A stretch of DNA of 64,000 nt from Acidobacteriota bacterium (GCA_011526565.1 WYBL01000116.1:3019-67018); one strand, 5' to 3'; positions 56,788 through 63,982 are shown, counted from the first letter of the stretch. Made by a program: numbers and translations. Notes: generated by a model from the letters alone, not told the origin.

Positions 56788-57015
56788 CTATGAACGAGGC
56801 GCCGGCTCCCAACGCCCGGCACGGCAGACGAGGATGCTGCTCTGGCCCCTGATCAGAGCACCCTCGGAATACGTGGCCCCCTCGAACGTGCATCCGGCGG
56901 GCTTGGCGGCAGGCAGCCCTGGCGACTGGTCGGAAGCCCTCCAGAGGGCGAGGGCAGCCAACAGACTGACGATGCCCAGGACCCCGATCGCCAGACGGAC
57001 GTGCGGCTGCTTCAC
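56788..57015 (-). CDS. small anchored protein with 2-Cys ecto-motif
   Basis: GTG 57015 lies 3 nt after the upstream stop, with GGAGG 8 nt upstream. Sequence KQPHVRLAIGVLGIVSLLAALALW, then CTFEGATYSEGALIRGQSSILVCRAGRWEP. Confidence 0.6.
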   Translation of the reverse strand: MKQPHVRLAIGVLGIVSLLAALALWRASDQSPGLPAAKPAGCTFEGATYSEGALIRGQSSILVCRAGRWEPAPRS

Positions 57016-57018
57016 AGT

Positions 57019-57618
57019 TCACCCCTCCTGTTCGACGCCATCCTCACGTTGCAGCCCCGGCAGACGAACTCCGAAATAGGCCTCCACTTCGCCCTGCAGC
57101 GCACCCGAGAGAGCACCGCCCCATATCTTCTCGACTCGTCCATCGGCGCTGACCACGATGAGGGTCGGCGTGGCCGCGAGCCCGAACTCCTGCGCGGTCG
57201 GACGTTCGAGACCGACAACTTCGAACCCCAGCAGTGTTTCCTCTGCTGTCACCTTCTCGCGGGACGCGCTCAAGGAAAGCCCTTTGAACTGATATCGCCC
57301 CGTGCTAGCGGCGGCCAGGACGCGGATGTTCGCGAGATTGCGACGGCACCAGACGCACTCCTCGGACTGCACGTAGAGAACACTCGGCAGGGCGCCTCCC
57401 AGCGTGAGCGGTTGTCCCCGTCCGTGGCGATCGGTTACCGGGATCTCCGGAACTTGCCTGCCGACACTCAGGGCCTTGGGAGGTCGACCCCGGTCATCAG
57501 GTGGTTGCCTGAGCTTGAGGCCGAGACCCACATTCGCGGCAAGGGAGGCGCCCAAGGCGATGAGCAACAGCGCCACGGCCAGATTGCTGTCGAGAAGCCG
57601 ATCCATGCAGGCTCGCAT
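57019..57618 (-). CDS. membrane-anchored thioredoxin-fold thiol:disulfide oxidoreductase (TlpA/redoxin-like, CVWC)
   Basis: ATG 57618 with AAAGGAGG upstream. TM anchor LAVALLLIALGASLAANVGLGL, then SVLYVQSEECVWCRRN (CxxC), and ATPTLIVVSADGRV (cis-Pro region). Confidence 0.75.
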   Translation of the reverse strand: MRACMDRLLDSNLAVALLLIALGASLAANVGLGLKLRQPPDDRGRPPKALSVGRQVPEIPVTDRHGRGQPLTLGGALPSVLYVQSEECVWCRRNLANIRVLAAASTGRYQFKGLSLSASREKVTAEETLLGFEVVGLERPTAQEFGLAATPTLIVVSADGRVEKIWGGALSGALQGEVEAYFGVRLPGLQREDGVEQEG

Positions 57619-57654
57619 GGTGGCACCTCCTTTCCGGGGGCTGACGGGTGGCGT

Positions 57655-57682
57655 ACTCCGGCCAGCTGGCGCTGGCCGGAGT
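57655..57682 (-). terminator. perfect 12-bp stem / 4-nt loop hairpin between the peptide gene and the thioredoxin-fold gene (attenuator or mRNA-stabiliser candidate)
   Basis: ACTCCGGCCAGC tggc GCTGGCCGGAGT, read directly. It ends 8 nt downstream of the peptide stop codon (57691-57693). No U-tract follows on the minus strand. Confidence 0.55.
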
Positions 57683-57690
57683 ACAGGTTG

Positions 57691-57957
57691 TCAGCAGAGC
57701 TCGCAGGATCCCCAGGTTCCGTCGCTCTTGCACTTCTGGCTCTTGCCGCTCGAGCAGACGCTCTGGACGCAGGAACCGGTGCTGTAGCAGACACCTGCGT
57801 ACTGGCAGTTGCAGCTACCGCCACTGCCCCCGCCATCCCCAGGATCCTGGTAGTACGGCCCATCGGCCAACACCGAAAACGCGCCGCCGGCACCGACGAT
57901 CATCAGCAGCGTCAGCGCCAGGACGAATCCCCTTCGCGCCCGTCGTGTCCTTCCCAT
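57691..57957 (-). CDS. secreted 8-cysteine peptide precursor (88 aa)
   Basis: SD GAGGGAG upstream of ATG 57957. Sec-type N-terminus MGRTRRARRGFVLALTLLMIVGAGGAFSVLA, spacer DGPYYQDPGDGGGSGGS, and core CNCQYAGVCYSTGSCVQSVCSSGKSQKCKSDGTWGSCELC. Confidence 0.65.
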   Translation of the reverse strand: MGRTRRARRGFVLALTLLMIVGAGGAFSVLADGPYYQDPGDGGGSGGSCNCQYAGVCYSTGSCVQSVCSSGKSQKCKSDGTWGSCELC

Positions 57958-57979
57958 CGTTCACTCCCTCTGGCGGGCT

Positions 57980-58252
57980 CACCCGCTGGGCCAAGTGTAT
58001 ACCAAGGGGCCGCTTTTCGACACCCTCTAGTCGATCATGAGCCGCGGCACTGACGGGTGCCCGCGAGTCACGCCGGGTAAGGGTCCGGCGGCGGAGTGAA
58101 TCCGCCGGCGGATTCTCTGGCGTCTGGGCGGGAGGACTTGGGCCCGCCCTCCCACCCGCTGACAGTCTCCACCCCCAAGCCCCCGGGCGCACGCCACGTG
58201 GTCCCTGCGCCGGCGGGGTGTTGTCCACGGGCACAACCACCCGGCTGACAGT
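57980..58252. repeat. three copies of CACCCG(G)CTG in the 304-bp intergenic region upstream of the peptide gene
   Basis: CACCCGCTG at 57980-57988 and 58153-58161, the latter extended to CACCCGCTGACAGT. CACCCGGCTGACAGT at 58238-58252. The spacings are 173 and 85 bp. The region also holds GC-rich hairpins at 58089-58107 and about 58216-58243. Confidence 0.5.
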
Positions 58253-58261
58253 GCGATCGCG

Positions 58262-58645
58262 TCAGGGGGCGGCGGAGGCTGGTTCAGCGCGCTGCCCCCC
58301 GCGCAGGCTGCCGAGCCGAGCGATGAGTACCTTGCATTTCAGGGCAGCGACTTGCCTGCGCCACTCGGGGCCCTGGTCCTGAAGCACGTTGAGGGCTCGC
58401 TCATAGCTCGCCTCGGCCTCTTGGAACGCGCCGCTATCGAAGTGAGTGTCCCCTTCCCGGGAGTACAGGCCGGCTGCACCTGCGAGCCCCGCCGATTCAC
58501 TGGACAAGTCCGTCTGCTGCGTGGGCATCACCCCGACCGGCAAGAGGAACATCAGCGGCAGCGCCACAACCGCAAGAAGGACCACTGCGGCACAACCGAC
58601 GGGAGTGATCCAACTTGTTCCGCGCCCCTCCGCAGACGTGGTCAC
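58262..58645 (-). CDS. single-pass membrane protein with TPR-like C-terminal helices
   Basis: GTG start. TM CAAVVLLAVVALPLMFLLPVGV, then GDTHFDSGAFQEAEASYERALNVLQDQG. Confidence 0.55.
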   Translation of the reverse strand: MTTSAEGRGTSWITPVGCAAVVLLAVVALPLMFLLPVGVMPTQQTDLSSESAGLAGAAGLYSREGDTHFDSGAFQEAEASYERALNVLQDQGPEWRRQVAALKCKVLIARLGSLRGGQRAEPASAAP

Positions 58646-58663
58646 TGGCTCTTGCGCTTTGCG

Positions 58664-59116
58664 TCACGCGCCGCAGGAGGTGGGGCTGGCCTGGAGTCGA
58701 TCGATCATCTCGATCGCCTTGAGCAGTTCTCTTTGGAGGACTTCGAGCGCCTTGGTGTTTTCGTCGTCCAGCTGCTTCTGCACGGTCCGGGCGTGGTCAA
58801 GGATCCTGTCGATTTCTGCAGACGCAGGTGCGTGGGCCTTCGCGAGTTCTTCGGCGGCGATCTGCTGGAACTTCGCGTCCGCGGCAAGCTGGCGGGCTAC
58901 TCCCTGCGCGATCGTCTCGCGGAGGCTGGAGAGTTGATACAGGATGCCCGCACCCCCACACAGCAGGCCCACGACCAGCCATGTCTTGAAGAACCGCACG
59001 ACACGCTCGCGGAGGTCCCACTCGACCTTCCGGATGGCGCGAAGCAGCAGTGCCGCTTCCTCCTCCGTCAGAGTGTCCGGCAAGGCCGGAGCCTTCGCTT
59101 TCTGGTCATCGCTCAT
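58664..59116 (-). CDS. single-pass membrane coiled-coil protein, unknown function
   Basis: MSDDQKAKAPALPDTLTEEEAALLLRAIRKVEWDL, TM WLVVGLLCGGAGILYQL, then a helical region (AEIDRILDHARTVQKQLDDENTKALEVLQRELLKAIEMIDRL). Confidence 0.6.
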   Translation of the reverse strand: MSDDQKAKAPALPDTLTEEEAALLLRAIRKVEWDLRERVVRFFKTWLVVGLLCGGAGILYQLSSLRETIAQGVARQLAADAKFQQIAAEELAKAHAPASAEIDRILDHARTVQKQLDDENTKALEVLQRELLKAIEMIDRLQASPTSCGA

Positions 59117-59134
59117 GTAACACCCCGTTTCCGA

Positions 59135-60253
59135 TCAAGCAGGCAGGCAACAGACGAATCCGCTGACCAGCCACAGGCCCAGCAAGCCGAGGGCTGTCAG
59201 AAGGAGGCCCAGTGCTCCGTAGCGCAGGAGGCCCGCGCGAAGCAGGCGCGGCGGTGGACGCCAAGGGGGCTCGGGCAGGGCTCGCGCGGGGACTGCGGCT
59301 GAGACGTGATCGCCTGGGACGCTGAGGAACGGTCCCCACGTGTGCTCGAAGACGTCCGGCATTCGAGCCTCGTCGAAGAAGTCGCTGTGGCTGAAGTCCG
59401 CGTCGAAGGCGTGGTGGATGCGAGCCCTGTCATCGAAACCGCGGCAGCCGGACGGGCCCGATTCGGGGATGAAGTAGACGGCGACGCTCGCCCACACGTC
59501 CCGGCCCGCCGCGTGACACAACACCGCTTCCACGCGGCCGGCTTCGATCAGCGGTGCCCAGCCGAAGTCCGGGCGGACGATGCTCCCCGCCAGGATCACC
59601 CGGCCCACTTCGATCGACGAGTCGGCCAGCAGAGCCTGGGCGAGCAGCCATGTGCCGAAGCTGTGGGCGATCACGTCCGGACGGCCACCAAACCCCGCCC
59701 CCAGGGCGCGCGCCTGGATCACGCGAAACCGCTGAACCAGATGTCGCACGAGCTGTCGCTGGCGGAATCTCACCAGCACCCCTGGCCTCACGACGCCGTA
59801 CTTGTAGACGAAGACCGGGACGGAGTGGCCGTAGGTCGTGGCGAGGTGCCAGGCGAGAGACTCCTGCCACGATCCGGTCGTGTTCATGCCATGGAGCGTG
59901 AGGACCCAGGGGACGTCGCGGGTCGGGGGCTCGTGGCGCTCGAAAAAGGTCTCGGGCCGGGGCTCGTCCCCCGGCGCGAAGACCCGCTCACATTCGGAGC
60001 ATGCGGGCGTCGAAGGCTCGTCCAGCTCGAGGCGCCGTTCGCACGGGCAGACGAATCCCGCGCGCGCCTGGAGAAGACCCGCGGCCGCAAGATCCGCGAG
60101 CAGCGCCGCGGCCTCAGTGAGCGGCGCGTTCGTCCGAGTTGCGAGGCTCTCCGCTGTGAGCGACAGCGGACCACCCGCCAGGAACGCCCCGCGGCACGAC
60201 TCGACCAGTCGCCCGGAATACCGCCCCGCAATGACAGGCCAGGGGTCCGTCAC
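59135..60253 (-). CDS. wHTH-like + Cys4 zinc-ribbon + alpha/beta hydrolase (HSFG nucleophile elbow) + C-terminal TM anchor
   Basis: GTG 60253 overlaps the upstream TGA (GTGA). Contains LSLTAESLATRTNAPLTEAAALLADLAAAGLL, then FVCPCERRLELDEPSTPACSEC, then the hydrolase core WVLTLHGMNTTGSWQ, DVIAHSFGTWL, HAAGRDVW and DFSHSDFF. The tail is LLRYGALGLLLTALGLLGLWLVSGFVCC. Confidence 0.7.
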   Translation of the reverse strand: MTDPWPVIAGRYSGRLVESCRGAFLAGGPLSLTAESLATRTNAPLTEAAALLADLAAAGLLQARAGFVCPCERRLELDEPSTPACSECERVFAPGDEPRPETFFERHEPPTRDVPWVLTLHGMNTTGSWQESLAWHLATTYGHSVPVFVYKYGVVRPGVLVRFRQRQLVRHLVQRFRVIQARALGAGFGGRPDVIAHSFGTWLLAQALLADSSIEVGRVILAGSIVRPDFGWAPLIEAGRVEAVLCHAAGRDVWASVAVYFIPESGPSGCRGFDDRARIHHAFDADFSHSDFFDEARMPDVFEHTWGPFLSVPGDHVSAAVPARALPEPPWRPPPRLLRAGLLRYGALGLLLTALGLLGLWLVSGFVCCLPA

Positions 60254-61302
60254 GCCGCTTCGACGACGCGGCTCAGCAAGTCCCACACCTCGCTGGAACG
60301 GAGCTGGGTGCGAATGTGGATGCGCCGCTCCAGGCTGAACAAGCCGAAGCGCACGGGCGTCAGGGGCGCCGCCCGCGGCCAGGTGAAGAGTCCCATTGTC
60401 GCGGTGAGCTTGTCTCGCCTCAGCGCTTTCCACGCCTGGCGGATGACTGTGGAGTCTGTGTAGGCGTGGTCCTTCTTGAGGCTCTCGAACGCGACAGACG
60501 CCAACCCGTCGTCCAGGCGCGCCTGTATCGGCTTGACGCTGACACCTCCCGCTCCCTCTGAGCCAGTCGCCTCGCTGGCCTGCGCCAGGCGCTTGACCGC
60601 ATCGGACAGCCCGATCGGCTCCAGCTTCCCGAGGTCGATCGCGGCCTTGACCGTCTCGGCGATGCGGGCCCGCGCCTCTTCGTGAGCGGCGCGGTTCCAG
60701 GGCACCTGCAGGAAGGCCGCGGCCAAACGTGGCTCTCGGTGCAACTCGAGCCTCATGAGCGTCCGGTCGCGGCGCTGGCGATACGCTTCGTAGCGGTAGA
60801 CCTCGCCGTCGTCCTCGGCTGCCGGAGCCTTGTCGCGCTCCTTCGTCCGCTCCCAGATCTCCAGACCCTTGTGCCAGACGAAGCGGATGGAATCCTCGGC
60901 CTGACGGATGCCGGTCAACTCCTGCTCGTCCGGGAAGGCGAGCGTGGAGGGGGCCCCGAGCAGGGATTCGAGCCCGGCGCGCGCAAGCCGCCGGCGCAAC
61001 TGGGGTTCCGAGGTGAATAGCGCGTCCGGCACCACGCTCGCCGGCAGCCACCAGAGGTAGATGTGCTGTTCGCCCCAGCCCTCGACGTGCGCCAGCCAGG
61101 ACTCGACATCCTCCAGCCGCAACTCGCCGTCGTCGACTGCTGCGGCGAGGTTGTGCGCGAAGTCCTCCTTCGTCCGTCCGATCGTCAGGCCCTTGTCGCG
61201 GAGCAGTTCCTTGATGAAGACGTTGCCTTGCGCCAGGACGATCCCCGAGACGAGTTCACGGAGCTGGGACTTCTCGCGCGGAGTCGGGCCCTTGCCCCCC
61301 AT
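60250..61302 (-). CDS. hypothetical soluble protein (350 aa)
   Basis: ATG 61302 with GGAGG 7 nt upstream. N-terminus LRELVSGIVLAQGNVFIKELLRDKGLTIGRTKEDFAHNLAAAVDDGELRLEDVESWLAHVEGWGEQHIYLW. I recognise no family. Confidence 0.65.
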   Translation of the reverse strand: MGGKGPTPREKSQLRELVSGIVLAQGNVFIKELLRDKGLTIGRTKEDFAHNLAAAVDDGELRLEDVESWLAHVEGWGEQHIYLWWLPASVVPDALFTSEPQLRRRLARAGLESLLGAPSTLAFPDEQELTGIRQAEDSIRFVWHKGLEIWERTKERDKAPAAEDDGEVYRYEAYRQRRDRTLMRLELHREPRLAAAFLQVPWNRAAHEEARARIAETVKAAIDLGKLEPIGLSDAVKRLAQASEATGSEGAGGVSVKPIQARLDDGLASVAFESLKKDHAYTDSTVIRQAWKALRRDKLTATMGLFTWPRAAPLTPVRFGLFSLERRIHIRTQLRSSEVWDLLSRVVEAA

Positions 61303-61306
61303 GGCG

Positions 61307-62518
61307 TCACCCCTCCGGGTTCACCTCGCGGACCAGGACCTTGGGCTCTCCCAGCAGATCCAGGTCCAACGTGAGCCTCGGCTGGCCGCCCGCGCGCGCG
61401 CTCGGATACACGAGCCCCGGGATGCGTTCGTCGCCGCTGCCCGCCACTTCGACCAGGAAGCCGCCCTGACCGGGATACACGACGAGAGCGCCCGGGTCGG
61501 CGTCGTCGAGGGCGACCACGCGATAGCCGAAGCGACCGGGATCGGCGTAGAGCTGTCGGGTGGTGATCGGATGATCGTAGGGGGTTCTCGGCAGCCCCTT
61601 GCCGCCATCCGCCGCGGCGGCCACGTCCAAGAAGACGTTGGCCGCATCGAAGCTCTTGCCTGCAACCTCGACCAGCGGCTCGACCCGATAGACCCGCAGC
61701 CACTTCTGGCACGCCGGACATTCCTTCTTGTCGGCCTCCTTAAGCGCGACACACGGTTCGGTCGGCGGAGCAGTGCAGACGTAGTAGAAGGCCGGGGCCG
61801 ACTGTGCCTCGGCAGCCGGGCCGGCGACCAGCGCGCCCGCGGTCAGGGCCAAGATCGGAGCCCTCCCGCCGGCGGCTTTGGCGATGGCGTTGATGAAGAC
61901 CTCGAGGACGCTTTTCAGGTTCTGGTAGAAGGTGGTCACGAAGAGGCCCGCGAGGAGCGCGAGCACCTGCCCTGCGGTCGTCGCCGTCGTGCCAGCCAGG
62001 AAGGCGAGCCCAAAGACGAGCCCGTAGCAGATCACTCCCGCCAGGGCCGCCAGGAAAAACGAAGCGAGCAGGCTCGGGAACGCCTGCTTGCCATCGGGCT
62101 GCAGGGCGCTGAGCCAGACCGACGCGCACCAACCGATCAGGCCACTGAGACAGAAGGCCGCGACCCACAAGCGCGGGTGCGGTCGCGACATTAGGAGGGT
62201 CCGAGCTACGGGCCGCTTCAGTTCGGCCGCATAGAGCTCCGGGAAGATGTGCCGTTGAGCAGCGTCCTCCTGGGTCATCTCGACGGCGCCGAGTCGTGTC
62301 GTTTCGTCGGGCCTCGGCGCGTGTTTGTCCCAGACTCGGATCGCCCAGTCGACCTGGGCGTAGAGCCAGACTGCACCCACGAACACGGCCACGGAGGCGA
62401 GCAACGTCCGGACCAAACGGTCTCGCTGAGACTTCTGTCGTCGCAACGCCGCACCTCCCGCGGACAGGGCCGGCCCTGGAACGGTTCGGGTATCATATAT
62501 ACGCTTTGCGTACCGCAT
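61307..62518 (-). CDS. polytopic membrane protein with C-terminal Cys-cluster domain, unknown function
   Basis: Track ORF 61307..62833 trimmed to ATG 62518 (MRYAKRIYDTRT); the upstream codons look non-coding and overlap a better + strand ORF. There are about 5 TM helices, then APAFYYVCTAPPTEPCVALKEADKKECPACQKW and a domain of about 120 aa. The start is uncertain. Confidence 0.6.
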   Translation of the reverse strand: MRYAKRIYDTRTVPGPALSAGGAALRRQKSQRDRLVRTLLASVAVFVGAVWLYAQVDWAIRVWDKHAPRPDETTRLGAVEMTQEDAAQRHIFPELYAAELKRPVARTLLMSRPHPRLWVAAFCLSGLIGWCASVWLSALQPDGKQAFPSLLASFFLAALAGVICYGLVFGLAFLAGTTATTAGQVLALLAGLFVTTFYQNLKSVLEVFINAIAKAAGGRAPILALTAGALVAGPAAEAQSAPAFYYVCTAPPTEPCVALKEADKKECPACQKWLRVYRVEPLVEVAGKSFDAANVFLDVAAAADGGKGLPRTPYDHPITTRQLYADPGRFGYRVVALDDADPGALVVYPGQGGFLVEVAGSGDERIPGLVYPSARAGGQPRLTLDLDLLGEPKVLVREVNPEG

Positions 62519-62527
62519 CGGCAACCG

Positions 62528-62923
62528 GTGGGTCCCGTGCCTGTACCGCTTCACGGACCGGAGCAGGCAGCCTCGGCGGCGGCCGGCAATGCGCTGGTGC
62601 TGGAAGCGTCCACGAAGTCTGCCGAGAAACTGGGGCGACACCTCAGCGCTTTTCACTTGAAGGTGAAGGCTCCTGACCGTGAGTTGCCCTTGGAGTCTGC
62701 CTTCCAGGGCAGCAAGGTGTTCGAACGCGGCGGCCCCTTCACGGATCTCTACGCCGCTGGGGCCGTGGATGCCAAGCGGGATCCTCGGCTGCGAGATTCG
62801 GGACGGGTCATTGCGTTCGATTTTGCGGGCCATCGCTTCCCGGTCGAGCCGCGCACCGCCTTCTACGACTGGCTCTACATCGACACGCGACGTCCACCTC
62901 CGCCCTGGTTCGGGGCCCTGTAG
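62528..62923 (+). CDS. small conserved-looking protein, family not identified (possibly truncated)
   Basis: This is the 3' two-thirds of ORF 62249..62923; GTG 62528 or 62537 are candidate starts. It is strongly protein-like (LPLESAFQGSKVFERGGPFTDLYAAGAVDAKRDPRLRDSGRVIAFDFAGHRFPVEPRTAFYDWLYI). It ends in a Pro-rich tail (DTRRPPPPWFGAL). Confidence 0.5.
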   Translation: MGPVPVPLHGPEQAASAAAGNALVLEASTKSAEKLGRHLSAFHLKVKAPDRELPLESAFQGSKVFERGGPFTDLYAAGAVDAKRDPRLRDSGRVIAFDFAGHRFPVEPRTAFYDWLYIDTRRPPPPWFGAL

Positions 62924-62995
62924 GCCTCGGCGCGCGGGGGATCGGGGACGAGGATGTGGCGGTAGCGAGGGGGGCTCCTCGGCCGTTGCCCTGGG

Positions 62996-63982
62996 TCAGC
63001 CCTTGCGACCCAGCCGGGCAGCGGCGCGCTGCCGTTCCTGCAAGGTGGCCCGGATGTCGGCCTCGCGAAGAGGCAGGCGCTCCGCGATCAGCGCCTCCTT
63101 GAGAGCCTCGTCTCCCGCTCGAGTGACCTCGGCATGGCTCAGACCGCTCGCCAGCCGCGCGAGCTTGGTCCAGGGGGTGCCCTGGATCGCGAGAGGACCG
63201 AGCCGGGAGCGGAGCAACTCGGCGACCTGCTTCTGGCTCGGCAGCTCGTAGTGGAGCACGTCGTCGAAGCGCCGCAGCAGCGCAGGGTCCAGGATCTGCC
63301 CGTGGTTGGTGGCCGCGAGGATCAGGCTGTTCGAGTGATCCTGCTCGATCATCTTCAGGAAGCTGTTCAGCACGCGCCGGATCTCGCCGACGTCGTTCGT
63401 CAACCCACGCTGCGAGCCGATCGCGTCGAACTCGTCGAAGAAGTACACGCCTCGCGTCTGGCCCGTGGCGTCGAAGACCTGCCGCAGCTTGGCGGCGGTC
63501 TCGCCGAGCATTTTGGTGATCAGGCCGTCGAGCCGGATCTGGAAAAGCGGGAGACCAAGCTCGCCTGCCAGCACTGAGGCCGTCAGCGTCTTGCCCGTAC
63601 CCGGAGGGCCGACCAAGAGCAGCTTGCGGCGCGGCGTGAGGCCGTGTTCGAGAATGCGCCCGGCGTGACGCTGCTCGCGCAGCACCCGGGTGAGCTGCCC
63701 TTCCAGCTCGGGCGCCAGGACCATCTGGCCGAGGCGGCTCGCCGGATAGGACACCTCGAGGAGGTGCGCGAGGTCCCCGCGGGGTCGCGCGATCGGGACG
63801 GGAGATGCGGCCCCGCGCCGCCGCTTGGCGTCGTCGATGACGGCCCGCAGTTCTTCCGCGAGCTTCCCGTGCCCAAGCCGCGCCTCGTGAGCAGCAACCT
63901 GCATCGCCACGGAGAAGAACCGTTGGTCGTCCCGCTCGACGAACGAGTCGAGCAGTGCCTTGAGCTGGTCAGCGCTGGCCAT
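62996..63982 (-). CDS. classical AAA+ ATPase (CDC48/FtsH-type module) with ~100-aa N-terminal helical domain
   Basis: Walker A GPPGTGKT, Walker B VYFFDEFD, sensor-1 ILAATN, and Arg finger region DPALLRRFD. Only 18 nt of upstream sequence remain in the window. Confidence 0.85.
   Translation of the reverse strand: MASADQLKALLDSFVERDDQRFFSVAMQVAAHEARLGHGKLAEELRAVIDDAKRRRGAASPVPIARPRGDLAHLLEVSYPASRLGQMVLAPELEGQLTRVLREQRHAGRILEHGLTPRRKLLLVGPPGTGKTLTASVLAGELGLPLFQIRLDGLITKMLGETAAKLRQVFDATGQTRGVYFFDEFDAIGSQRGLTNDVGEIRRVLNSFLKMIEQDHSNSLILAATNHGQILDPALLRRFDDVLHYELPSQKQVAELLRSRLGPLAIQGTPWTKLARLASGLSHAEVTRAGDEALKEALIAERLPLREADIRATLQERQRAAARLGRKG

Noticed and set aside
62249-62527. 5' third of + ORF 62249..62923, and the 5' 105 codons of minus ORF 61307..62833
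   Set aside because: Each overlaps the better-looking coding part of the other gene. The translations (..SDRPVDLGVEPDCTHEHGHGGEQRPDQ.. and MARKIERNDPSRISQPRIPLGIHG..) lack protein-like character. Both genes were trimmed to internal starts, with low confidence in the exact positions.
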